A DNA stretch of 21,239 nucleotides. It comes from a candidate division WOR-3 bacterium (GTDB lineage: Bacteria > Hydrothermota > Tepidihabitantia > B3-TA06). The notes under the pieces are model-generated. The model ran no database searches. It had not been told where the DNA came from and was given only the letters and a program-made list of their open reading frames with translations. This document shows, one piece after another, positions 7,669-15,412 of the stretch. The stretch lies in assembly GCA_965649265.1 (NCBI GenBank), contig CBFGKC010000026.1, forward strand, positions 1 to 21,239. Reading direction: 5' to 3'. How positions within the stretch are numbered: position 1 is the first letter of the stretch; the number at the start of each line of letters is the position of its first letter. The translations under genes were made by a program, and so were the position numbers.

Positions 7669-7699
7669 CCCCAAAAGGGGACGCAGTACCCTTTTGGGG
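7669..7699. repeat. Inverted repeat/hairpin between rubrerythrin and the Cys/His peptide gene
   Basis: CCCCAAAAGGG-N9-CCCTTTTGGGG; no U-tract on the coding (minus) strand. Confidence 0.7.
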
Positions 7700-7702
7700 T
7701 AA

Positions 7703-8281
7703 TTACCAATTTTCTCCCAGAAGCTCGAAGTATGCCCTGGGATGTGCGCAGGCCGGGCATTGTTCGGGCGCTTCCTTGCCTTCGTGCAGATAGCCGCAGT
7801 TGCGGCAGCGCCAGACAACAGGCTCGGGCCTCTTGAAAACGCGGTCCTCCTCGACATTCTTCAAGAGATCGCGGTAGCGCTTCTCATGCTGCTTCTCGGC
7901 CACCGAAACCATCTCGAAAAGCCTGGCCACGGCCTCGAAGCCTTCCTCGCGGGCGACCTTGGCATAGTTCGGATACATCTGGGTCCACTCGAAATGCTCG
8001 CCGCCTGCGGCCTCCTTGAGGTTCTCGGCGGTCTTGCCTATTACTCCTGCCGGGAACTTCCACTGTACCTCAACCTCGCCGCCTTCGAGGAAACTGAAGA
8101 ATCGTTTTGCATGTTCCTTCTCCTGGTCCGCGGTCTCGGCAAAGATGGCTGAAATCTGCTCGAAACCTTCCTTCTTTGCCTGACCGGCAAAGTAAGTATA
8201 GCGATTGCGGGCTTGCGATTCGCCTGCAAAAGCGGTCAAGAGATTACGTTCCGTCTTGGTTCCTTTTATGCTTTTTGCCAC
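7703..8281 (-). CDS. rbr: Rubrerythrin
   Basis: AFAGESQARNRY, EKEHA, EKQHE, C-terminal rubredoxin WRCRNCG...CPACAHP. Confidence 0.97.
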   Translation of the reverse strand: MAKSIKGTKTERNLLTAFAGESQARNRYTYFAGQAKKEGFEQISAIFAETADQEKEHAKRFFSFLEGGEVEVQWKFPAGVIGKTAENLKEAAGGEHFEWTQMYPNYAKVAREEGFEAVARLFEMVSVAEKQHEKRYRDLLKNVEEDRVFKRPEPVVWRCRNCGYLHEGKEAPEQCPACAHPRAYFELLGENW

Positions 8282-8360
8282 ACTATACTCCTTTTTTTAT
8301 TTTCCAAACTTTACACAATTTTCTGAATGTTTCAACGCCCGGTCCCGGAACCGTTCCCAA

Positions 8361-8804
8361 TCAACCCTTCAGATATTTCTCGTACGCGTTCTGAATACTT
8401 GCCTTGTGTTCAAGCTCTTCAGCCGCCAGGCTCTCGAACGTTCGTTTGAGCGTGCCGTCATCGACAATCTGGGCCAGGTCGGAATAAAGCTTGTTGGAGC
8501 TTTGTTCTCTTTCCAGCGCAACGAGCATTGCGTTTTCGACAGCCAGGGATTTAGAACCTTCCTTTGTCAGAAGCACCTTATCCAGTTCCAAGTTCTTTAT
8601 CCTGGGATGGGAACCTATTTCAACATTCCCTTTCCGCATCTCGATTATGACTATTTTGTGCCGAATCTCCTGTCTGGCAAGTTCCGTAAAAAGTTCTTTC
8701 ATGCCTGGATCGTGCATCCTTTCGGCAAGGTCAGTATAAAAATCGCAAGCATCCTGCTCCTTCTCTCTTGCAAAGTCCAGTACGTCTTCAATAGAATTAA
8801 ACAT
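8361..8804 (-). CDS. Rubrerythrin-like ferritin-family protein (paralog of 1974..2438)
   Basis: LDFAREKE..FYTDLA...QEIRH...ERE..LYSDLA...EELEH; start ATG 8804 or TTG 8807. Confidence 0.88.
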   Translation of the reverse strand: MFNSIEDVLDFAREKEQDACDFYTDLAERMHDPGMKELFTELARQEIRHKIVIIEMRKGNVEIGSHPRIKNLELDKVLLTKEGSKSLAVENAMLVALEREQSSNKLYSDLAQIVDDGTLKRTFESLAAEELEHKASIQNAYEKYLKG

Positions 8805-8836
8805 CAAGGGTTTCCTCCAAAGATTCTTGCACCTCT

Positions 8837-8864
8837 ATAATAGTTTACGAAGTGCCTGTGTCAA
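8837..8864 (-). promoter_or_regulatory. sigma70-like promoter TTGACA-N16-TATTAT
   Basis: Upstream of ferritin-like/rbr/Cys-His run. Confidence 0.65.
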
Positions 8865-8921
8865 GGAACTTAACGCAAGAGTTCAATTTTTAGAAACTTA
8901 TATCCGCCAGAAGGACTTAAA

Positions 8922-9779
8922 CTAGTTCCTGAGTCTGCATTCATTCAAAAAACCTTCCATGTCGGTGTCATCCCTTATGCCGAGCCTGGTCAGGACGAAA
9001 TCGTACTTTACCGGGTCCTGCGGCACTATTTCCCTGAACGCCGACGTAATTTCCAGCGCGGTCTTGAGGTTTGCCTGCTTGCGATTCGTAATCCCCAGAG
9101 CGATTCCGATGCGGTGCATGTGAAGGTCCACTGGTACTATAAGCTTAGAGGGGGGGATCCCCTGCCATCCGCCCGGGTCGACCGCATCCTTGCGAACCAT
9201 CCACCTTAAAAATAAGTGCAGCCTTTTTGAAGCGCCGCCCTTCTCCGGATACGGCAGAAGGTGCTCGAACCCTTTCCCGTAACACCCGTAACACCCGTTA
9301 CCTCCTTCTCTCCCTTTTTCTTTTTCCAATGCGCGGCCTCTTATCTTCGAGGTAAATTTGATTAACGCCGGAAGTACCATCTTATCCTCCTTGCTGTATC
9401 CATCCATGAATCCGGCCTCGAGTGAGCCGAAATCCTCAATCGTTCTCTTTAGTCCCCAGAGCATAAGGCTGAAGTCTTCTCCAGTGGCGAATCGGTGTTT
9501 GAATTCTTTGAAGACTCGTCGCATGTCTTTAAAATCGCTCGACTTGAGAAACTCGAGGGGCGAGGGCTGCATCAGATCGAGCACCCTTTTTACGCTCGCA
9601 AGTATCTGTTTGACGCCTCCGTAAGCCAGCGAGGAGGCGATAATCCCTACAAGCTCGCGCTTCCGAAGATCCGGGTAATCGTACAAAAACTGTAAGGGGT
9701 CAGGGTTCACGTACTCCCTTTTCGAGTAGCAGGCATAGAGCGCCTCAAGTTGTTTTGTTATATCTTTTAATGAACGCAC
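8922..9779 (-). CDS. TIGR02757 / DUF2400 family protein
   Basis: DPLQF, LAYG, KRLHLFLRWMVRKDAVDPGGW, VPVDLH, DPVKYDF. GTG 9777-9779 after AAGGAG; the longer ORF would overlap the divergent gene's promoter. Confidence 0.9.
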   Translation of the reverse strand: MRSLKDITKQLEALYACYSKREYVNPDPLQFLYDYPDLRKRELVGIIASSLAYGGVKQILASVKRVLDLMQPSPLEFLKSSDFKDMRRVFKEFKHRFATGEDFSLMLWGLKRTIEDFGSLEAGFMDGYSKEDKMVLPALIKFTSKIRGRALEKEKGREGGNGCYGCYGKGFEHLLPYPEKGGASKRLHLFLRWMVRKDAVDPGGWQGIPPSKLIVPVDLHMHRIGIALGITNRKQANLKTALEITSAFREIVPQDPVKYDFVLTRLGIRDDTDMEGFLNECRLRN

Positions 9780-9801
9780 GTTGCTCCTTGCATTGAACCA
9801 T

Positions 9802-9829
9802 ACTATAGGAATCTCCAGGTTGGTGTCAA
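9802..9829 (-). promoter_or_regulatory. sigma70-like promoter TTGACA-N16-TATAGT
   Basis: Upstream of TIGR02757 gene; back-to-back with plus-strand -35. Confidence 0.65.
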
Positions 9830-9833
9830 GCTG

Positions 9834-9861
9834 TTGACAATCGAGGCAACGTATGTACACT
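9834..9861 (+). promoter_or_regulatory. sigma70-like promoter TTGACA-N16-TACACT
   Basis: Upstream of RibD_C gene. Confidence 0.65.
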
Positions 9862-9894
9862 TCAGGTTTGAATCTCAATCAACAAAGGAGGAAG

Positions 9895-10590
9895 ATGAAG
9901 CCGAAGGTAATCTTGCACAATGCGGTGAGTGTTGACGGTCGTATGGATCACCTTTCCATCGACATGGGGCTTTTCTACAGCCTTGCCTCGAAATGGAAGG
10001 AGGACGCCACACTTGTCGGTTCGAACACGATGCTGAGCGCAGCCTCCAACGTTGCCCCTGAGGAAGAAACCACATTCGAGCCGCCTCGGATCGATCCAAA
10101 GGACAGGCGACCCCTGCTCGTCGTACCCGACTCAAGAGGCCGCATCAGGTTTTGGCATGCGGCGAGGGCGTGGGGTTACTGGCGCGACCTTGTCGTTCTT
10201 GCGAGCGAAGCGACTCCGCAGAAATATCTCAAGTATCTCGAAAAACGCCATGTCCGCTATATCGTTGCAGGTGATAAAAAGGTTGATCTCCGCAAAGCCC
10301 TCGAAGTCCTTTCCAGACGCTTTGGGGTCAAGACCGTGCGGGTGGATTCGGGCGGAACCCTGAACGGAGCGCTTCTACGCTCAGGCCTTGTGGACGAGGT
10401 GAACGTCTTCATAACACCGACCCTTGTGGGCGGAACATCCGCGCGTTCGCTATTTATAGCTCCTGACCTGGAATCCGCAAAAGGTATCGTCAAGCTCGAC
10501 CTCATCAAGACCAAGAAGCTCGCGGGCAACATCTTGTGGTTACGCTACGATGTGGTCAAAAAGAAACGCGGGTCAGAGGGCGACAAATAA
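9895..10590 (+). CDS. Stand-alone RibD C-terminal (pyrimidine reductase/DHFR-fold) protein, archaeal Rib7/ArfC-like
   Basis: SVDGR, DATLVGSNT, PDSRGR, VDSGGTLNGALL..GLVDE..ITPTLVGG; ATG 9895 after AAGGAGG. Confidence 0.85.
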   Translation: MKPKVILHNAVSVDGRMDHLSIDMGLFYSLASKWKEDATLVGSNTMLSAASNVAPEEETTFEPPRIDPKDRRPLLVVPDSRGRIRFWHAARAWGYWRDLVVLASEATPQKYLKYLEKRHVRYIVAGDKKVDLRKALEVLSRRFGVKTVRVDSGGTLNGALLRSGLVDEVNVFITPTLVGGTSARSLFIAPDLESAKGIVKLDLIKTKKLAGNILWLRYDVVKKKRGSEGDK

Positions 10591-10645
10591 TCCCTGGCGC
10601 GGTCTCAAAATGCTCTGCCGGGCCGGCATTGACGAAACTGGCGGG

Positions 10646-11494
10646 TCAGTCAATCAATACGAGTTTCCTCGTGAGCGACTTGGTCGTGGTCGTAAGCTTT
10701 ACGAAGTAGACGCCTTTTCTTCCAGCCAGCGAAAAATCATGAGTGCCTACATTCAGCGAACCTTGCCAGAGAGTCCTGACCAGCGCACCGGAAGCGTCGA
10801 AAACGTCGAGCGAGACGGGGGAGGGGGTGGAAAGGGAAAACTGAATCCGGCCATCCGGCGTCGCTATCAAATTCTCAATCGTTGGTGTTAAAGGTTTTTC
10901 TTCCGCGGCTCCGCCGGTGTGGTACTCGATGTAAATCCTCGGCCATTTAGTCGTATCAGGATTCTCCCTGGACGCGAACTGGCAACCGCCGGCGAACAGG
11001 ATGTCCGAGGGTATATCCATGTAGAATCCGTTGTTTGGCGCCTCGTTTGTGAACCACGATTTGACTATCCGGGTTACATCGACTTCATACCACACATCCT
11101 TTGTCCCGGGCAGTTCATTGAACTCCTCTATGTCCCTCAGCTCCACCGGGCGGTTATTCCAGCACACGGCGGCCTCGTCCCACGGTGCGCCCGATCTGAA
11201 CGTGCATGCGTTGACCGTTGCGAGCATGGATGTTACATATAACCTGAGCTGGGCAAAATCGCACACGGCTCCGATGGTTTTCAACTCATCTATTCCGCTT
11301 GAGTAAAGCAGAATCTTTTCGGCCTTGATTATCGCAGGACCTCCCCAGAGTACGTAGAACTCCTCGCTGCCGTAAGTCAACGCGGGCTGGCCCTCGTTGA
11401 CCTTGCTGTCCTTGGTGATTTTCAGGGTAGCGGTTGCACCATAAGACTCCACGGCGACGAATAAAAGAGATACGACTAATGCAAACCTTTTCAC
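10646..11494 (-). CDS. Secreted DNRLRE/CBM96-like domain protein with T9SS type A/FlgD-like C-terminal sorting domain
   Basis: Signal peptide; A.LRLY, WDE...WNNRP, DVT.IV..W...NNGF, FASRE..P; CTD FDASGALVR...GVYFVKL. Confidence 0.8.
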   Translation of the reverse strand: MKRFALVVSLLFVAVESYGATATLKITKDSKVNEGQPALTYGSEEFYVLWGGPAIIKAEKILLYSSGIDELKTIGAVCDFAQLRLYVTSMLATVNACTFRSGAPWDEAAVCWNNRPVELRDIEEFNELPGTKDVWYEVDVTRIVKSWFTNEAPNNGFYMDIPSDILFAGGCQFASRENPDTTKWPRIYIEYHTGGAAEEKPLTPTIENLIATPDGRIQFSLSTPSPVSLDVFDASGALVRTLWQGSLNVGTHDFSLAGRKGVYFVKLTTTTKSLTRKLVLID

Positions 11495-11552
11495 GCTGCC
11501 TCCTTTGGTTTAGATTTTCTCCTCAGCGAAATCGCCTCCACCTGGTCGGGGG

Positions 11553-11580
11553 AGCATACCTCTATTTTTAGGATTGTCAA
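11553..11580 (-). promoter_or_regulatory. sigma70-like promoter TTGACA-N16-TATGCT
   Basis: Upstream of DNRLRE-like gene. Confidence 0.6.
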
Positions 11581-11625
11581 GGAGTGATCCAAGTCGGGCT
11601 TAGAGAAAATAGGCCGTTGAGGAAA

Positions 11626-12558
11626 TCAGAGGGAAGAGATCGTGTTAGCTTCTCTTCCGAGCAAGCCAACAACATCCCCTGCGTGATAGGACGAACGCAC
11701 CAATGGCGCGCACGCGGCGGACTTGAAGCCCATATCCAGAGCCCATTGCTCGTACTCCTTAAACTGCTCAGGGGTGACGAACCTTTCCACTATCAAATGG
11801 TTTCGTGTGGGCTGCAGGTACTGGCCGATTGTCACTATGTCCACTCCAACCTTCCGCATATCCTTTAACGTCTCGTAGACCTCGTCGTCCGTTTCGCCAA
11901 GCCCGACCATTATGCCCGATTTAGTCATCATCCCCGGCCCAATCTCCTTGATCGCCCGTAACACACTGATCGCCCTTAACACACCAAGGGACAAGTCGTA
12001 GCTTGCGCGTCTATCCCTGACATGCGGTGTAAGACGTTCGACCGTCTCCAGATTGTGCGCGATAACGTCGGGTCCGGCGTCCACAATCTTCCTCAGTCTT
12101 TCACTTACAACGTGTCTTTCTCCTGCGTCGGCTGAAGTAAAATCGGGGATCAACGGTTCCACTTTAATCGTCGGGTCGTCTTTTTTTATCGCCCTTATCG
12201 TTCTCGCGAAGTGGCCGGCGCCTGCGTCTTCAAGGTCGTCCCTGTCCACCGATGTCAGCACGACGTATCTTAACCCCATCCTTTTCGCCGCCTCGGCAAC
12301 CCTCTCCGGTTCGGTCTCGTCCAGCACCCCCCGGGGGTTGCCGGTCGTTACCGCGCAAAACCTGCATCCTCTCGTGCACACGTCGCCCAGTATCATGATC
12401 GTAGCCGTTCTGCGACCCCAGCAGTCGGCAATGTTCGGGCACCTTGCCGAGCGGCAAACCGTGTGAAGGTTCAAATCCTTCAGAATCTCGTCCACGTCCC
12501 TGTACTCGCCCTGGCCAGGAAGCTTGACTCTTATCCAGTCGGGCTTTCTTTCGATCAA
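11626..12558 (-). CDS. lipA: Lipoyl synthase
   Basis: RKPDWIR, CX4CX5C, CTRGCRFC, TSVDRDD, GQYLQP, VRSSYHA; TTG start overlaps lipB stop (TTGA). Confidence 0.97.
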   Translation of the reverse strand: MIERKPDWIRVKLPGQGEYRDVDEILKDLNLHTVCRSARCPNIADCWGRRTATIMILGDVCTRGCRFCAVTTGNPRGVLDETEPERVAEAAKRMGLRYVVLTSVDRDDLEDAGAGHFARTIRAIKKDDPTIKVEPLIPDFTSADAGERHVVSERLRKIVDAGPDVIAHNLETVERLTPHVRDRRASYDLSLGVLRAISVLRAIKEIGPGMMTKSGIMVGLGETDDEVYETLKDMRKVGVDIVTIGQYLQPTRNHLIVERFVTPEQFKEYEQWALDMGFKSAACAPLVRSSYHAGDVVGLLGREANTISSL

Positions 12559-13235
12559 AAATCCTCCATGTCACGCTCTTCCAGCGAGATATTGAAAACG
12601 TCCTCGAACGAGCCGCGCACTGCCTTCTTTACCTCCTCCATATCCACCTTCTTCTCGAGCAGTTTCTCCATCGACGTCACGCCCTTGTCTTTCAGTCCGC
12701 ATGGTACGATAAGGCCGAACATGTCGAGATTGGTGGATACGTTCAATGCGAAACCGTGGAAGCTCGTCCAGCGTTTTATTGCGACACCTATCGCCGCCAG
12801 CTTGGATTCGTCCACCCAGACGCCTATGGGTTGGCCTTTCGGCATCTTCATGGATGCCGCAGCCTGGATTCCGAACTCCTCCATTGCCTGAACGAGCGAA
12901 TCCTCGATTTTTGCCACGAACGGCCTTACCCCGATGAGTCCCTTCTCGAGCTTGAAGATGGGATAACCCACAAGCTGGCCCGGTCCGTGATAGGTAACGT
13001 CGCCGCCACGCTCGACTTCATAAATCGAAACGCCGTTATCCTCGAGTTCACCGGGCGTCGCGATCAGATTCTCTTCGTTTGTGGAGCGACCCTTGGTTAT
13101 TACGTGTTCGTGTTCAACAAAAATCAATGTGTCCGGGATCGCGTCCTCAACACGCATCTCGAAGAGCTTGCGCTGAAAATCCCAGGCCTCCCGGTAGGCC
13201 ATGAGGCCCAGGTCTACAATATAACCTTTTTGCAT
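12555..13235 (-). CDS. lipB: Lipoyl(octanoyl) transferase
   Basis: EH..V.T.G, ERGGDVTYHGPGQLVGYP, KLAAIG, HGFALN, IVPCG; ATG 13233-13235. Confidence 0.95.
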   Translation of the reverse strand: MQKGYIVDLGLMAYREAWDFQRKLFEMRVEDAIPDTLIFVEHEHVITKGRSTNEENLIATPGELEDNGVSIYEVERGGDVTYHGPGQLVGYPIFKLEKGLIGVRPFVAKIEDSLVQAMEEFGIQAAASMKMPKGQPIGVWVDESKLAAIGVAIKRWTSFHGFALNVSTNLDMFGLIVPCGLKDKGVTSMEKLLEKKVDMEEVKKAVRGSFEDVFNISLEERDMEDF

Positions 13236-13242
13236 TCCCTCA

Positions 13243-13270
13243 ATTGTAGTCCGTGCAAGCCCGCTGTCAA
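13243..13270 (-). promoter_or_regulatory. sigma70-like promoter TTGACA-N16-TACAAT (lipBA), probably leaderless
   Basis: -10 ends 7 nt before the lipB ATG. Confidence 0.65.
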
Positions 13271-13273
13271 CGA

Positions 13274-13287
13274 TATAACCGGTTATA
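13274..13287. promoter_or_regulatory. Perfect 14-bp palindrome TATAACCGGTTATA, candidate operator/enhancer site
   Basis: Immediately upstream of lipB -35 and ~75 bp upstream of the sigma54 site. Confidence 0.4.
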
Positions 13288-13359
13288 CTTTTAGATAACT
13301 GCCTGTGTCCTTCCTTACTCCTAAGGCACAAATATTCGTCGCTTAAGAACTATGACGGT

Positions 13360-13375
13360 TGGCACAACACTTGCT
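13360..13375 (+). promoter_or_regulatory. sigma54 (-24/-12) promoter
   Basis: TGGCACaacacTTGCT matches TGGCAC-N5-TTGC; the downstream gene has no TTGAC-type promoter that I could find. Confidence 0.75.
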
Positions 13376-13416
13376 TTCTATCGAGATGACAATCGGGATT
13401 GATAGTTTGAAGGGTA

Positions 13417-13809
13417 ATGGAGGTAAAAATGCTTACGATTTTAACGCTTGTGATTCTTAGCCTTGGTTGGGGTGCCGCGGATCGGAGTTCTGTAGGGGAT
13501 TCGGGTGAGATGGAAGCAAAAGTTGCGGGTCAGTTCAATGGGGGTGGGGGAGCGGAGGCGCTGAACCCGAACTTCGTCCAGGTCGGAGACCGGATTCAAC
13601 GCGGCGTACTTTCTTTAAGTCTTTTATACTCTTTCGGGGAGGTGGTGAGGGTCGAAATGTTCGACGTCCTTGGCCGAAGGGTGCACTCGGGAGTCATTAC
13701 CGGGCCAAAGCTCGGAATTGACGTTTCCGCTTTCCCTGCGGGGGTCTATTTCCTGTGGGTGAGAATGGGCTCAAAGCTGCAAGCGAACCGCAAGGTGGTT
13801 ATCAGGTAA
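13417..13809 (+). CDS. Small secreted protein consisting almost only of a T9SS type A-like sorting domain
   Basis: Signal peptide, ~30-aa Gly-rich linker, then FDVLGRRV...AGVYFL...RKVVIR; start may be ATG 13429. Confidence 0.75.
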   Translation: MEVKMLTILTLVILSLGWGAADRSSVGDSGEMEAKVAGQFNGGGGAEALNPNFVQVGDRIQRGVLSLSLLYSFGEVVRVEMFDVLGRRVHSGVITGPKLGIDVSAFPAGVYFLWVRMGSKLQANRKVVIR

Positions 13810-13833
13810 ACAATCTTTAATTAAGGAGGAGAG

Positions 13834-15363
13834 ATGGTTCAACTAATCCTTACCCTTTTCGGGTTCTATGGGGTAATCTCAAACGACACAACCTGGTCCG
13901 ATACCGTCTTCCTGACGGGCGACGTGCTCGTTGAGCCCGGCGTAACCCTTACCATTGCGCCGGGAACGGTCGTCCTCTATGCCGATACATGCGAGTGGGA
14001 TACGGCGTGGTATGTGGAAGGAGAAAATTATCCTGAGACTTTAGAGGGTTCAAAAGATATTGTCGCAGAAGGTAACGTGAAAATTCTTGGAACCATTGAA
14101 GATTCGATATATTTCCTTCCTGTCGACAGTATGAAAAGAATCTCAGGCAACATAATTATGTCAAACAGCACGGATTCTCTGTTCTTTGTTTCATTCGATT
14201 TGGACCCGGATTACTTTACTGTTTCTGCATATCACTCGGAATTAACTATGGCGAGTTGTCGATTTGAGCATTGGAACGGAATTGAAGGGTTTGAATCAGA
14301 TATTTCTTTATTTGATTGCATGTTCTATGACAATAGATCCAATTGTGTATCCGCCTATAAAGGGAAACTTAGAATTGAAGATTGCGACTTCAGTGGATCC
14401 AGTGATATTTCTATAGTTTCCTATTTTGAAAATTATCCTTCTTTGTATCCATTTGGTTCGATTGTTTACGGAGAAAATCTGGAGTGTGGCATTATTAAAG
14501 GGAGCAGAATATACGATGCATTTGGGTATTCCCCTTTTGTTTTATATAGCGGCCTGAATTGTGCAGGTTGTGGTTTCTTTAATTGTGAGCAAGTGGAAGT
14601 TTCAAATTGTGCTTTTGATGATATAAGGGGTGGAAGCGGAGGAAATGAGTCAATGGGTGCTTCCCCTGGGAATGGGGGGGATGGTCTTGGGATATGCATT
14701 ATTGAGTGTAAAGAAACATTAATAGCCAAAAACGAAATTGCAAACATAGCTGGAGGGAGAGGTGGTATAGGGCAATTCGAAGATGGACTTAGTGGCAGTT
14801 CAAGGTCTTTTTTATGCTATAACTCCAAGCCAGTCATAGTCAATAACGAGTTCAACAGCGAAGGCACTTACATCTACATCGATTCTTTATCCCACCCAGT
14901 TATTGGCGGCGCGCCGGGAGCGGGCAACCACTTTCTTAAAGCAGGTAATAGACGTTACGTCATCCATAACGACTCGCCTTATGACATTGATGCCACCTGG
15001 AACTTCTGGGAGTGCGAACCGTTCTTAATCGATTCCTTAATCTACGACCACTACGATAACCCTTCAAAAGGCGTCGTGCATTACGACCATGCGACCGGAA
15101 TCGAAGAGGAGGAGGTTGCGCCGTCGCCTGAATCTTTTTCAATCGCTTCAACAGTTGTCCGCGAAGTTCTTTACATCTCTCTTCCGAAGGGGGGAGGCCC
15201 CTCGATAGTCGAACTCTACGATTCTTCGGGTCGCAGGGTCATGACGAAAAGTGTCAGTCAAACGAATGCCGGCATCGATGTTTCCTGGCTGCCAAAGGGG
15301 ATATATTTTGTCAAGCTTGTCCCTGAAGAACGAGCCAATAGATTCAAAATTCTGATTATCTGA
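13834..15363 (+). CDS. Secreted right-handed parallel beta-helix protein with T9SS-like CTD
   Basis: DTTWS...GDVLV..GVTLTI.PG, repeated I.xC.F..N rungs, IDATWNFW, GIEEE linker, YDSSGRRV...GIYFVKL. Confidence 0.8.
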   Translation: MVQLILTLFGFYGVISNDTTWSDTVFLTGDVLVEPGVTLTIAPGTVVLYADTCEWDTAWYVEGENYPETLEGSKDIVAEGNVKILGTIEDSIYFLPVDSMKRISGNIIMSNSTDSLFFVSFDLDPDYFTVSAYHSELTMASCRFEHWNGIEGFESDISLFDCMFYDNRSNCVSAYKGKLRIEDCDFSGSSDISIVSYFENYPSLYPFGSIVYGENLECGIIKGSRIYDAFGYSPFVLYSGLNCAGCGFFNCEQVEVSNCAFDDIRGGSGGNESMGASPGNGGDGLGICIIECKETLIAKNEIANIAGGRGGIGQFEDGLSGSSRSFLCYNSKPVIVNNEFNSEGTYIYIDSLSHPVIGGAPGAGNHFLKAGNRRYVIHNDSPYDIDATWNFWECEPFLIDSLIYDHYDNPSKGVVHYDHATGIEEEEVAPSPESFSIASTVVREVLYISLPKGGGPSIVELYDSSGRRVMTKSVSQTNAGIDVSWLPKGIYFVKLVPEERANRFKILII

Positions 15364-15374
15364 TCAGTTTAAAC

Positions 15375-15402
15375 TTGACTTTTCCTGCTGAAGTCTTATT
15401 AT
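15375..15402 (+). promoter_or_regulatory. sigma70-like promoter TTGACT-N16-TATTAT
   Basis: Upstream of methyltransferase gene. Confidence 0.6.
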
Positions 15403-15412
15403 TCCTTCAGTT

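Noticed and set aside
8205-8840. Long antisense/alternative-frame ORFs (also 3900..4574, 7419..7622, 12756..13298, 2577..2789 and others)
   Set aside because: Shadows of well-supported genes, without RBS or recognisable motifs.
9780-9878. Extended N-terminus (with CLDC) of the TIGR02757 protein
   Set aside because: It spans the divergent promoter region; GTG 9779 has a good RBS and its own promoter.
5513-10590. Deaminases + RibD_C as a split RibD for riboflavin synthesis
   Set aside because: RibD deaminases have a longer PC-x8-C spacing, whereas these have TadA-type PCxxC. They also carry signal peptides and are not in an operon with the reductase.
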